Below, piece after piece: positions 16,977 through 25,842 of a stretch of DNA of 64,000 nucleotides. The notes beneath the pieces are model-generated. The model was not told where the DNA came from. It did no database searches and saw only the letters and a list, made by a program, of their open reading frames with translations. Within the stretch, counting starts at the first letter, position 1; the number at the start of each line of letters is the position of its first letter. The position numbers and the translations under genes are program-made. Origin of the DNA: an uncultured Actinomycetota bacterium (GTDB lineage Bacteria; Actinomycetota; Actinomycetes; Propionibacteriales; Propionibacteriaceae); assembly GCA_963697765.1 (NCBI GenBank), contig CAVOPC010000003.1, positions 230,775 to 294,774 on the forward strand. Reading direction: 5' to 3'.

Positions 16977-19900
16977 TTGATCCGCCTGACCAAGCTCAGC
17001 CTGGCCAACCGCACGGTGGCGCTGCTGCTCAGCCTGCTGGCCATCGGCCTGGGCGTCTATGCCACCACCGCGCTCAAGCAGGAGTTGATCCCGTCGATCG
17101 ACGTGCCCCGCGGCAACGTGGTCGCCGTGTACCAGGGCGCCAGCCCGGACGTGGTCGAGGCCCAGGTTTCCAAGCCGATCGAGTCCGCGGTCAAGGCGGT
17201 GGACGGGGTGACCTCCGTCACCTCGACCAGTTCCAGCGGCATTTCGCAGGTGTCGGTGCAGTGGGACTACGGCATCGCCGCCGACGACATGGCCACCAAA
17301 CTGCGCAGCGCGATCGACTCGATCTCGGGCGGGCTGCCGGCCAACGTCGACCCGACCGTGATCACCGGCGGCACCGACGACATTCCAGTGGCGGTGCTGG
17401 CACTGTCCTCCGACGAAGACCTCAACACGCTCTCCGAGCAGGTCACCGACACCGTCACCCCGGAGTTGAAGTCGATTCCCGGCGTCCGCGACGTGACGGT
17501 CTCGGGCAAGGAAGTGCACGAGATCGTCATCACGTACAAGCAGTCCAAGCTGACCGAGTACGGCGTCGATCCGACCACCATCCCCCAATTTTTCGCCGCG
17601 AACTCGAGCGCGATCCCGTCCGGCACCATGCGCACCGACACCTCCAATGTGGACGTGCAGACCGGCACCACGTTCAGCACCACCGACGAGATCGCCAACC
17701 TGCGCCTGCAGGGCACGGACGGGCCGGTGAGGCTCGGCGACCTGGCCACTGTCAAGGAACAGCCGGTGGCCACCACCAGCATCTCCCGCGTCGACGGACG
17801 TGAGTCGCTGACCATCGCCATCACCAAGACCCCGGACGCGAACACCGTCACCGTGGCCCACGGCATCGCCGACAAGCTGCCTGAGCTGGAGAAGACGCTC
17901 GGTAACAACGCCAAGTTCGTCACGGTGTTCGACCAGGCCCCCTATATCGAGCAGTCCGTGCACGACCTGACCGTCGAGGGCGGCATCGGGTTGGCCATGG
18001 CGGTGCTGGTGATCCTGCTCTTTCTGCGCTCGATCCGGCCGACGCTGATCACGGCGATCTCGATTCCGCTGTCGTTGCTGATCGCCCTGATCGGCCTGTG
18101 GCTCGGCGGCTACACCCTCAACATCCTCACTCTGGCCGCGCTGACCGTTGCGATCGGACGCGTCGTCGACGACTCGATCGTGGTGATCGAGAACATCAAG
18201 CGACACCAGAGCTATGGCGAGTTCGGCACCAAATCGATCACCGGCGCCGTCCGCGAGGTCGCCGGGGCGGTGACCTCCTCGACGCTGACCACGGTCGCGG
18301 TGTTCCTGCCGATCGGTCTGGTCGGCGGCCAGGCGGGCGAGATCTTCCGTCCCTTCGCGGTCGCGGCCGTGGTGGCCCTGCTCGCGTCGCTGGTGGTGTC
18401 GCTGACCGTGGTGCCGGTGTTCGCGTCCTGGTTCATGCGACCGACAGCCAAGCAGGTGTCCAAGCTCGCTGCCGAGCACGAGTCCGAAGCCAAGGACAGC
18501 TGGCTGCAGAAGGGCTACCTGCCGGTGCTCAACTGGACCTTGGCGCACCGTTGGCTGACCCTGCTGATGGCGTTGCTGGTGTTCGCCGGGACGGTGGCGC
18601 TGGTCCCGCGGCTGAAGACGGACTTCATCGGCAGCATGGGAACCGAGAGCCTCGCCATCAAACAGGAGTTGCCACCCGGCACGGGGTTGAACGAGACCGA
18701 CAAGGCCGCCGCCCAGATCGAGGCGCTGTTGGCCGCCGACCCGTCCGTGCTGACCTACTCGACCAGTGTCGGCAGCGGAACCTCGGCGGCGCTGCTGTCC
18801 GCCCGATCGGACACCAACGAGGCCAGGTTCACCGTTCCGCTGAAGCCCGGCAGCGACGCAACCGAAACCGCCGACCGGCTGCGCCAGCAGATCGCCGAAC
18901 TCGGCTCCGACGTCGGCGAGGTCGAGGTGTCGATCGGCGCCGGCAATTCCAGCAGCGGCGTGGTGGTGTACGTGGAGAGCTCGGACCCCGACCAACTCGA
19001 GGCCGCCAACGCCTCTGTGCTGACCATGATGCAGGGCATTCCCGGCCTGACCAACGTGACCAGCGACCTGGCCGAGGCCCGCGACATGCTCGCCGTGAAC
19101 GTCAACGAGGGCAAGGCCGCCGACCAGGGCATGACCCAGGCGTCCATCGGTCAGGCGGTGGCCCGCGCCGTCCAGGGGCAGCTGATGGGCACCCTCGCTC
19201 AGGGCGACACCACCCTCAACGTGTACCTGCGGTCGCAGGCGCCGGTGCAGAACATCGACGAGCTGCGCCAGATCAAGCTGCCCGTCACCCAACTGCAGAA
19301 CGCCAACGCCAAGTCGGACGCCGCCGACAAGGTGACGGCCCGCTCCGACACGTTCTCAGCCCAATCGAAGCAGCAGCAGAGCGACGCCTACAACGACCAG
19401 GTCGCGGCATTGGAAAAGAGCCGGTCGCAGGCAGTGAAGGCGCAGGCGGCGCTGACCAAGCAGCTCGATCAGGCAAAAGAGCGGCTGTCCAGCCTGCAGA
19501 AGCAGCTGGCCGCCGCCATCAAGGCGTGCTCCGCTCCGGTGATCCCGCCGGCCGCCCCCGCCCCGGGCTGCTACCCCACGCCGATCTCGGTGTTCCAGAT
19601 CAGCCAGCAGTTGTCGGCCACGGGCGCTCAGGTGGCCCAGTTGAGCGCCGCCCTGGTCCAGACCAAGACGGGCGTGGCGAGCGTCGACAAGCAGCTGGAC
19701 GCCCTGTCGGAGCAGCGCACCAAGTCCCTGGACGCGCAGGACACCCAGGAGGAGCTGGCCCAGGCCGGAAAGGACGCGGCCAAGGCGACCGCCGACCCGT
19801 TGCGGCTCAAAGACGTCGCCTCGGTGAAGATGGTGCAGGCGCCGTCGACGATCACCCGGGTGAACGGCGTGCAGGCGGCGACCATCTCGGGCAGTTCGGA

Positions 19901-20576
19901 GTCGTCCGACCTCGGGGCGACAACCGCCGCGATCACCACGGGTGTGGCGAGTCTGGACCTGCCGGGCGGCGTGACGGTGCGGATCGGCGGGGTGTCGCAG
20001 CAGCAGCAGGAATCGTTCGCCCAACTCGGGTTGGCGATGATGGTCGCGGTCGCCGTGGTGTACCTGATCATGGTGGCCACCTTCGGGTCGCTGCTGCAGC
20101 CGCTCATCCTGCTGGTGTCGATTCCGTTCGCCGCCACCGGCGCCCTGGGGTTGTCACTGATCACCGACACGCCGTTGAGCATTGCGAGCATGATCGGCCT
20201 GTTGATGCTGATCGGCATCGTGGTGACCAACGCGATCGTGCTGATCGACCTGATCAACCAGAAGCGAAAATCGGGGTCGGGCGTGGACGCGTCCATTCAG
20301 GCGGGTGCCCGGCTGCGGGTGCGTCCGATCATGATGACGGCGTTGGCCACCATCTTCGCCCTGGTGCCGATGGCGCTGGGCCTGACCGGCGGCGGGGTGT
20401 TCATCTCCAAACCGCTGGCGATCGTCGTGATCGGCGGGCTGGTGTCGTCGACATTGCTGACCCTGATCCTGGTTCCGGTGCTCTACGACCTGCTGGAGAC
20501 CTCGCGCGAGAACGGCCGCACCAAGCGGTCGGCGCGGCGCGAGGCCAAGGCTGCGCAGCCGGCCCCTTCCGCCTGA
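16977..20576 (+). CDS. RND superfamily efflux permease (AcrB/HAE-like, 12 TM) with a ~170-aa coiled-coil insert in the second large external loop
   Basis: 1199 aa with a TTG start. The N-terminal TM1 and porter-domain pattern, and the conserved TM4/TM10 regions (AIGRVVDDSIVVIENI; GIVVTNAIVLIDLINQ), are RND-like. Residues ~772-940 are Q/A/K-rich helices with no counterpart in canonical ~1040-aa AcrB. Confidence 0.88.
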   Translation: MIRLTKLSLANRTVALLLSLLAIGLGVYATTALKQELIPSIDVPRGNVVAVYQGASPDVVEAQVSKPIESAVKAVDGVTSVTSTSSSGISQVSVQWDYGIAADDMATKLRSAIDSISGGLPANVDPTVITGGTDDIPVAVLALSSDEDLNTLSEQVTDTVTPELKSIPGVRDVTVSGKEVHEIVITYKQSKLTEYGVDPTTIPQFFAANSSAIPSGTMRTDTSNVDVQTGTTFSTTDEIANLRLQGTDGPVRLGDLATVKEQPVATTSISRVDGRESLTIAITKTPDANTVTVAHGIADKLPELEKTLGNNAKFVTVFDQAPYIEQSVHDLTVEGGIGLAMAVLVILLFLRSIRPTLITAISIPLSLLIALIGLWLGGYTLNILTLAALTVAIGRVVDDSIVVIENIKRHQSYGEFGTKSITGAVREVAGAVTSSTLTTVAVFLPIGLVGGQAGEIFRPFAVAAVVALLASLVVSLTVVPVFASWFMRPTAKQVSKLAAEHESEAKDSWLQKGYLPVLNWTLAHRWLTLLMALLVFAGTVALVPRLKTDFIGSMGTESLAIKQELPPGTGLNETDKAAAQIEALLAADPSVLTYSTSVGSGTSAALLSARSDTNEARFTVPLKPGSDATETADRLRQQIAELGSDVGEVEVSIGAGNSSSGVVVYVESSDPDQLEAANASVLTMMQGIPGLTNVTSDLAEARDMLAVNVNEGKAADQGMTQASIGQAVARAVQGQLMGTLAQGDTTLNVYLRSQAPVQNIDELRQIKLPVTQLQNANAKSDAADKVTARSDTFSAQSKQQQSDAYNDQVAALEKSRSQAVKAQAALTKQLDQAKERLSSLQKQLAAAIKACSAPVIPPAAPAPGCYPTPISVFQISQQLSATGAQVAQLSAALVQTKTGVASVDKQLDALSEQRTKSLDAQDTQEELAQAGKDAAKATADPLRLKDVASVKMVQAPSTITRVNGVQAATISGSSESSDLGATTAAITTGVASLDLPGGVTVRIGGVSQQQQESFAQLGLAMMVAVAVVYLIMVATFGSLLQPLILLVSIPFAATGALGLSLITDTPLSIASMIGLLMLIGIVVTNAIVLIDLINQKRKSGSGVDASIQAGARLRVRPIMMTALATIFALVPMALGLTGGGVFISKPLAIVVIGGLVSSTLLTLILVPVLYDLLETSRENGRTKRSARREAKAAQPAPSA

Positions 20577-20579
20577 ATT

Positions 20580-20658
20580 TTCTGAAACCTGCCGGCGATC
20601 GGTCCCGACACGCCGGCAGGTCGGCGTGTCGCCACCGATCGCCCTGCACTTTTCAGAA
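20580..20658 (+). terminator. 79-nt three-helix extended hairpin immediately after the RND stop
   Basis: Three helices pair: TTCTGAAA:TTTCAGAA (8 bp), GGCGATCGGT:ACCGATCGCC (10 bp) and GACACGCC:GGCGTGTC (8 bp), with symmetric internal loops. It starts 4 nt after the TGA at 20574-20576. Confidence 0.55.
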
Positions 20659-20719
20659 CTGCCGGACAAGCCAGTGACGGTTCTGCCGCCGCCCGCCCCT
20701 GAGGGCTACTCTGCTCGGC

Positions 20720-21232
20720 ATGGTTCCAGCCCAGCCCGGCGATACCGCGGCACCCGAGGAGCGTCATGAGACGCCTGCCGAGCGGCTGGACCGAAACTGG
20801 TCGGAGTTGCTGCAGGAGCTTCGGGTCACCCAGACCGGCATCCAGATCCTGACCGGATTTCTGCTGATCCTGCCGTTCCAGGCCAGGTTCGCGACCGTCA
20901 GCCCCTTTCTCGTCGGCGTGTTTCTGGCCGCGGTGCTCTTCGCGGCGCTGGCGACCGCCCTGGTGCTGGCGCCGGTGGCCGCCCACCGGTTGCTCTTCCG
21001 GCGGCACGAGAAGGACGTGCTGGTGAACCTCGGGGGCGCGATGGCCAAGGCCGGCCTGATCTGCCTGGCACTCACCGTCGGGTTGGTCGCCACCCTCGTG
21101 GTCGGCGTGGTGGCGAGTGAAACCGCTGGCATCGTCACCGGTATCTGCGCGCTGCTGGTGTTCGCCCTGCTGTGGGTGGTGGTTCCCCTCAGCCTGTCGC
21201 GCCGCGAGCGGGCCAGGCACCCGTACGTGTGA
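20720..21232 (+). CDS. DUF6328-like integral membrane protein
   Basis: 170 aa. ERLDRNWSELLQELRVTQTGIQILTGFLLILPFQARF plus three further TM helices matches my recollection of the DUF6328 family signature. Confidence 0.5.
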   Translation: MVPAQPGDTAAPEERHETPAERLDRNWSELLQELRVTQTGIQILTGFLLILPFQARFATVSPFLVGVFLAAVLFAALATALVLAPVAAHRLLFRRHEKDVLVNLGGAMAKAGLICLALTVGLVATLVVGVVASETAGIVTGICALLVFALLWVVVPLSLSRRERARHPYV

Positions 21233-21259
21233 GGTCACGACACCGGCGCGCACAGTAGA

Positions 21260-22267
21260 TTGCACGCCATGCCTCGCCTGCGCCGGGTCACGCCCGACTC
21301 TCACGGATGGTCGCGCCGCCCCCACGGCAAGGGTTTTCGCTACATCGACGAGCACGGCAAGAGCCTCGCCGCAGCTGACGTCGAACGGATCAAGGCCCTG
21401 GCGATTCCGCCGGCGTGGCGGGATGTGTGGATCTGCCCGGTGGCCAACGGTCACCTGCAGGCGACCGGCGTGGACGTGGCCGGCCGGCGCCAGTATCTCT
21501 ACCACCCGCACTGGCGAATACTGCGCGACAAGCTCAAGTTCGACCGGGTGGCGACCTCCGCCCTGCAGCTGCCCCAGGCCCGACGCAAGGTGGCCGCCGA
21601 CCTGGCCCAGGACGGTATGCCGCTGGAGCGGGCCGCGGCGACCGCCGTCCGGCTGCTCGATCTCGGTTACTTCAGGATCGGCAACGACTACTACGCCGAT
21701 GCCAACGGTTCCTTCGGCCTGACCACGCTGGAGCGCCGCCACGTCCGCCGGCACGGTGGCGGCATGGCCTTTCAGTTCGTCGGCAAGTCGGGCATCGAGC
21801 ACCACGTCGTCATCGACGACGAACCCGTGCTCGAGGCCCTGCAGCAGATGCGCAAGCGTCGCGGAGGCGACCGGCTGCTCGCCTACCGGCAGGGCTCGCA
21901 ATGGATCGACCTCGCTTCCGGAACGGTGAACGCCTACCTCGCGGAACTGTTCGGCGGCGACTTCACGGCCAAGGACTTCCGCACCTGGCACGCCACCGTG
22001 TTGTTCGCGGCGGCCCTGGCCACTGCACCAAAGGCGACCACCAAGACCGCGAAGGCGAGGACGGTGCGCGCCGCGGTGGGAGAGGTCGCCAGCTATCTGG
22101 GAAATACCCCCACCGTCGCCCGGGGGTCCTATATCGACCCACGGCTGATCGACCTGTACGAGTCGGGCTCGACGATCGCCGAGGCTGCCGGACGCGCCTA
22201 CCGCACGAAGACGGCGCGGCAGCAGGCACTGGAGCGGGCCGTCCTGGAGTTGCTGGAGGTCGGATAG
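21260..22267 (+). CDS. DNA topoisomerase IB (bacterial poxvirus-like type IB)
   Basis: 335 aa. LRRVTPDSHGWSRRPHGKGFRYIDEHGKSL...IPPAWRDVWICPVANGHLQATGVDVAGRRQYLYHPHWR, with C-terminal catalytic-region motifs (FTAKDFRTWHAT; GNTPTVARGSYIDP containing the Tyr). Confidence 0.85.
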   Translation: MHAMPRLRRVTPDSHGWSRRPHGKGFRYIDEHGKSLAAADVERIKALAIPPAWRDVWICPVANGHLQATGVDVAGRRQYLYHPHWRILRDKLKFDRVATSALQLPQARRKVAADLAQDGMPLERAAATAVRLLDLGYFRIGNDYYADANGSFGLTTLERRHVRRHGGGMAFQFVGKSGIEHHVVIDDEPVLEALQQMRKRRGGDRLLAYRQGSQWIDLASGTVNAYLAELFGGDFTAKDFRTWHATVLFAAALATAPKATTKTAKARTVRAAVGEVASYLGNTPTVARGSYIDPRLIDLYESGSTIAEAAGRAYRTKTARQQALERAVLELLEVG

Positions 22268-22438
22268 GACGGCCATCCGCGGCGAGAGGAACCGCGGCCT
22301 TTCGGCACGCACTCGACGTCGCAATGCAACCCCGCATACGTGCATCAAACCTCGGAGAACTCGCTCCTTGATGCCGTACAACGCGATCGGGGCGGTGGGA
22401 CCGTCCCTCGACGCGCGTGGGTGACGAGAGGCAGGACC

Positions 22439-22810
22439 ATGACCACCGCCGCAGCGAACCAGCAGAAGACCGATGCCAAGGAGAACCCGACCAGCCCGAA
22501 GGTGATCGCATCCGCCGCGGGTGCGGGTGCGGGCGCCACCGTCAGTTCGCTGCTGCTCTGGTTGCTGGGCATCACCGTCTGGCACCAGCCGGCCACCGCC
22601 GGAGCCGTGGACCAGGCGATGGCAGCAGTGCCGTCGCCGGTCTCGGCGATCGTCGTGCTCGCCGTGACCGTGGCCAGTTCGGCCGTGTTCGGCTGGCGGG
22701 TGACCGACCCGCTGCGGATCAGCAAGAGCGAGTTGCCGACGGTGATGCGGATGCGCCAACAGCGCAGCCTGCACCCCGAGACCGGCCAGCCGTCCGATCA
22801 GACCCGATGA
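22439..22810 (+). CDS. Hypothetical small membrane protein (two predicted TM helices)
   Basis: The start is moved to ATG 22439 (MTTAAANQQKTD...). The hydrophobic segments are VSSLLLWLLGITVW and VSAIVVLAVTVASSAVFGW. I recognise no family. Confidence 0.4.
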   Translation: MTTAAANQQKTDAKENPTSPKVIASAAGAGAGATVSSLLLWLLGITVWHQPATAGAVDQAMAAVPSPVSAIVVLAVTVASSAVFGWRVTDPLRISKSELPTVMRMRQQRSLHPETGQPSDQTR

Positions 22811-22862
22811 GCCGCGTGCGCGTCCGTGACCGGCCCCGGCGGTCCGGACTAGCGTAGGCCGC

Positions 22863-23639
22863 ATGCCAGCCGACGACGATCCTTCACAGCAGCCGTATCC
22901 CGCCGCCGTCACCGTCGACGACTTCAGCCGCACCCTGGCCGCAGTTCAGGCGCGGATCGCGACTGCCGCCGAACGAGCCGGACGACACCTCGAGGACGTT
23001 CGGCTGCTGCCGGTCAGCAAGACCGTCGATGAGGACCGACTGCGCAACGCGATCGCGGCCGGCTGCCGCGAACTGGGTGAGAACAAGGTGCAGGAGGCCA
23101 AGCGCAAGCACGACAACCTCAGCGACCTGAACGTGTCCTGGTCGGTGATCGGCCACCTGCAGACGAACAAGGCGCGCGACGTGGCCGCCTTCGCCGCCGA
23201 GTTCCAGGCTCTGGACTCGCTGCGGCTGGCCGAGGCACTCGACCGGCGGCTGCAGTCGGCCGAACGCAGCCTGGACGTGTTCGTGCAGGTGAACACCTCT
23301 GCCGAGGAGTCCAAGTACGGCCTCGCACCGGAGGAGGTGCCCAACTTCCTCCGCCAACTGCCACGATTCCCGACCCTGCGGGTGCAGGGCCTGATGACCC
23401 TGGCGCTGTTCAGCAGTGACCTGGATCGCGTCCGGGCATGCTTCGTCCGGCTCCGCACGCTGCGCGACCGGGCTCGCGACGAAGACCCCGACCTGATCGG
23501 TGCGGGCGGCCTGTCCATGGGCATGTCGGGCGACTTCGAGGTGGCCGTCGAAGAGGGCGCCACCTGCGTGCGCGTGGGTCAGGCGATCTTCGGCAGCCGC
23601 ACTCTGGGCGAGCAGCATTACTGGCCCAGCGGAGGGTGA
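22863..23639 (+). CDS. YggS family pyridoxal-phosphate-dependent protein
   Basis: 258 aa. VRLLPVSKTV..., ELGENKVQEA, IGHLQTNKA and GLSMGMSGDFEVAVEEGATCVRVGQAIFG are hallmark YggS/PROSC motifs. Confidence 0.88.
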   Translation: MPADDDPSQQPYPAAVTVDDFSRTLAAVQARIATAAERAGRHLEDVRLLPVSKTVDEDRLRNAIAAGCRELGENKVQEAKRKHDNLSDLNVSWSVIGHLQTNKARDVAAFAAEFQALDSLRLAEALDRRLQSAERSLDVFVQVNTSAEESKYGLAPEEVPNFLRQLPRFPTLRVQGLMTLALFSSDLDRVRACFVRLRTLRDRARDEDPDLIGAGGLSMGMSGDFEVAVEEGATCVRVGQAIFGSRTLGEQHYWPSGG

Positions 23640-23663
23640 GGCAAGTCCCCTTTCGAAACCAAG

Positions 23664-23678
23664 TGTTAGTGACTAACA
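23664..23678. promoter_or_regulatory. Perfect 15-bp palindrome TGTTAGT-G-ACTAACA (probable TetR operator)
   Basis: Read directly. It ends 7 nt upstream of the TetR start codon (23686), in an AT-richer patch. Confidence 0.65.
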
Positions 23679-23685
23679 TTGTGTC

Positions 23686-24258
23686 ATGGGTTCACTGACC
23701 ACACCGCGGGCGTTGCGCACCCGTGAGCGGATTCTGGACGCCGCCCTCGACCTGTTCGAACGTCAGGGGTACGAGGAGACCACCACCTCAGAGATCGCTG
23801 TCTCCACGGGGATCACCCCGATGACCTTCTTCCGGCACTTCCCGACGAAGGAGTCAGTACTGGTCGGCGATCCCTTCGACCCGATGATCGCGGCGGCCGT
23901 CGCCGCTACGCCAGTCGGCCTGCCGCCCTTCGAGAGGGTCCGGCGCGGCCTGCTGGCCGCCGTCGCCGGCCTTCCGTCGTCCGAGGACGCCAGCGCTCGA
24001 CGCCGACTTGCCGTCGTCGCCACCGTGCCCAGCCTGCGCGGGGCGATCGCGGCGTCCACACAGGCCACCCAGGACGCGATCGTCAACCATTTGCGCGCCC
24101 AGGGCGTCGACAGGTTCGCCGCGACCGTCGCGAGCGCCGCGTGCCTGGGCGCGGTGACGGCCGCCCTCCTGGCCTGGGACGCGCTGCCCAAGGGCATGTC
24201 CCTCGCCGACGTCGTCCGGCTCGCCCTGACCGAACTCGCTCCCGGCAGTGTGCAATGA
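23686..24258 (+). CDS. TetR/AcrR family transcriptional regulator
   Basis: The N-terminal HTH is RERILDAALDLFERQGYEETTTSEIAVSTGITPMTFFRHFPTKESV. 190 aa. Its stop overlaps the next start (ATGA). Confidence 0.9.
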   Translation: MGSLTTPRALRTRERILDAALDLFERQGYEETTTSEIAVSTGITPMTFFRHFPTKESVLVGDPFDPMIAAAVAATPVGLPPFERVRRGLLAAVAGLPSSEDASARRRLAVVATVPSLRGAIAASTQATQDAIVNHLRAQGVDRFAATVASAACLGAVTAALLAWDALPKGMSLADVVRLALTELAPGSVQ

Positions 24259-24983
24259 ACGCCCTGGAACTGACCGATGTGCGGCACGCCTTTCACGGAC
24301 GCCTGGCGGTGGACGGATTGTCGCTGGTCGTGGCGCCCGGCGAGGTACTCGCGATGATCGGGCTGAACGGGGCGGGCAAGACAACGGCCCTGCGGGTGCT
24401 GGCCGGGCGGCTGCGGCCCCAGGCCGGTCGGGCGTGCGTGCTGGGTGAGCGGTCGTCGCGGTTGTCCGCCCCGGTGGCTGCCCGGTTCGGGCAGTTGATC
24501 GACACGGCACTGCTGTACCCCGAACTCACCGTGCGGGAGAACCTGGTCCTCGCCGGCCGTTTGCATGGCCTTGACCGGACTGCCGCCAGCCGGGTCACTG
24601 ACGAGGTGATCGAACGGTTCGCACTGGGCCCGTGGGCGGCCGCACGAACCCGAGCCCTGTCCAGTGGAAACCGGCAACGTCTCGGCGTTGCGACGGCGGT
24701 CGCCCACGCACCGGCGGCGGTGATCCTCGACGAACCCACCAACGCCCTCGACCCGGCGGGTGTCGTCGTCGTCCGCGAGGCGGTGCGCCACCTGGCTGCT
24801 CAGGGCGCCGGGGTGCTGGTGTCCAGCCACCACCTGGACGAGGTGTCGAGGATCGCCGACCGGATCGTGGCCGTGCACGCCGGCCGCATGGTCGGTGCGC
24901 TCGAGCCTGGCGGCGTCGACCTGGAGCGCCGGTTCTTCGACCTCGTGCTGGCTGCGGACGAGCAATCGGCGGCGCACTCATGA
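24255..24983 (+). CDS. ABC transporter ATP-binding protein (ABC-2/drug-exporter type)
   Basis: ATG 24255. Walker A is GLNGAGKTT, the signature is LSSGNRQRL and Walker B is VILDEPTNALD. The first 38 aa of the track ORF are shadow. Confidence 0.88.
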   Translation: MNALELTDVRHAFHGRLAVDGLSLVVAPGEVLAMIGLNGAGKTTALRVLAGRLRPQAGRACVLGERSSRLSAPVAARFGQLIDTALLYPELTVRENLVLAGRLHGLDRTAASRVTDEVIERFALGPWAAARTRALSSGNRQRLGVATAVAHAPAAVILDEPTNALDPAGVVVVREAVRHLAAQGAGVLVSSHHLDEVSRIADRIVAVHAGRMVGALEPGGVDLERRFFDLVLAADEQSAAHS

Positions 24984-25777
24984 CCCCGCGCGGCACCGCG
25001 TCGTGGTCGCCGGCGACGGCCGCGATGGGCACCGAGTTGCTCAAACTCCGCCGCGGTACGACGATTCGGCTCTGCACCGTGCTGCTGGTCGTTCTCGTGC
25101 CGTTGAGCTGCATCGGCGCAGTGGCGTTGGCGAGGGCTCCGAATCTGCCTGGCGTGACAGCCGCCAAGTTTGCGCCCTACGCCGTCGGCGACCTTGCCAC
25201 GACTCACCTGCAGGTGCTCGGCCAACTCCTTTCGATCGCCGTGCTACTGGCCGGTGGTTTCGGCTGCGCGTGGAGTTTCGGGCGTGAGTTCACCGACGGC
25301 ACCATCGGCGCGCTGGCCGGACTTCCCGTGGGGCGCGGCACGTTGGCGCTGGCAAAGGGGCTGGTACTCGCCGGCTGGCTGGCCTGCTGCGTCTCCGCTT
25401 CCGCTGTGGTCACCATCGCCCTGTCCCTGGCGGCCGGCGGACATCCGTCACCAGAGAGTTGGCGGGCGGCCGTCCTGGCCTGGGCGGTGGGACTGCTGGC
25501 GGTGGGCCTGTGCCTGCCCTTCGGTTGGGTGGCCTCCGTCACCCGTAGCCAGCTGGGCACGATCGGCGTGTTGATCGCGGTGGTGATGCTCACCCAGATC
25601 GTCGTCACCCTGGGCATGGGCGGCTGGTTTCCGTACGCGGTGCCCTCCCTGGCTTCCGGGATGGGTGGAACGGAGGCGGCGCAACTCGGCCCCGCCTCGT
25701 TCGTGCTGACGATCAGCATGGCACCGCTGGGCCTCGGCGCCGTCGGGCTGCTATGGAGCCGGCTCGACCAGACCTGA
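24980..25777 (+). CDS. ABC-2 type transporter permease
   Basis: ATG 24980 overlaps the ATPase stop (ATGA). Six hydrophobic helices follow MTPRGTASWSPATAAMGTELLKLRRG. The long N-terminal part of the track ORF is Arg/Pro-rich shadow. Confidence 0.65.
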   Translation: MTPRGTASWSPATAAMGTELLKLRRGTTIRLCTVLLVVLVPLSCIGAVALARAPNLPGVTAAKFAPYAVGDLATTHLQVLGQLLSIAVLLAGGFGCAWSFGREFTDGTIGALAGLPVGRGTLALAKGLVLAGWLACCVSASAVVTIALSLAAGGHPSPESWRAAVLAWAVGLLAVGLCLPFGWVASVTRSQLGTIGVLIAVVMLTQIVVTLGMGGWFPYAVPSLASGMGGTEAAQLGPASFVLTISMAPLGLGAVGLLWSRLDQT

Positions 25778-25842
25778 CCTGGCAGGTCGGGGGTGCTGCC
25801 GGCACATCAGCTGCGGAGTGACGAACCTGCCAGGATGGACCC

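Noticed and set aside
24632-24979. A long N-terminal extension of the ABC-2 permease ORF, and similar extensions on 12394.., 24141.., 29648..30685, 48603..49769 and 58593...
   Set aside because: The extensions are Arg/Pro/Gly-rich, overlap the preceding genes, and are replaced by internal starts with ATGA/GTGA coupling or good RBSs.
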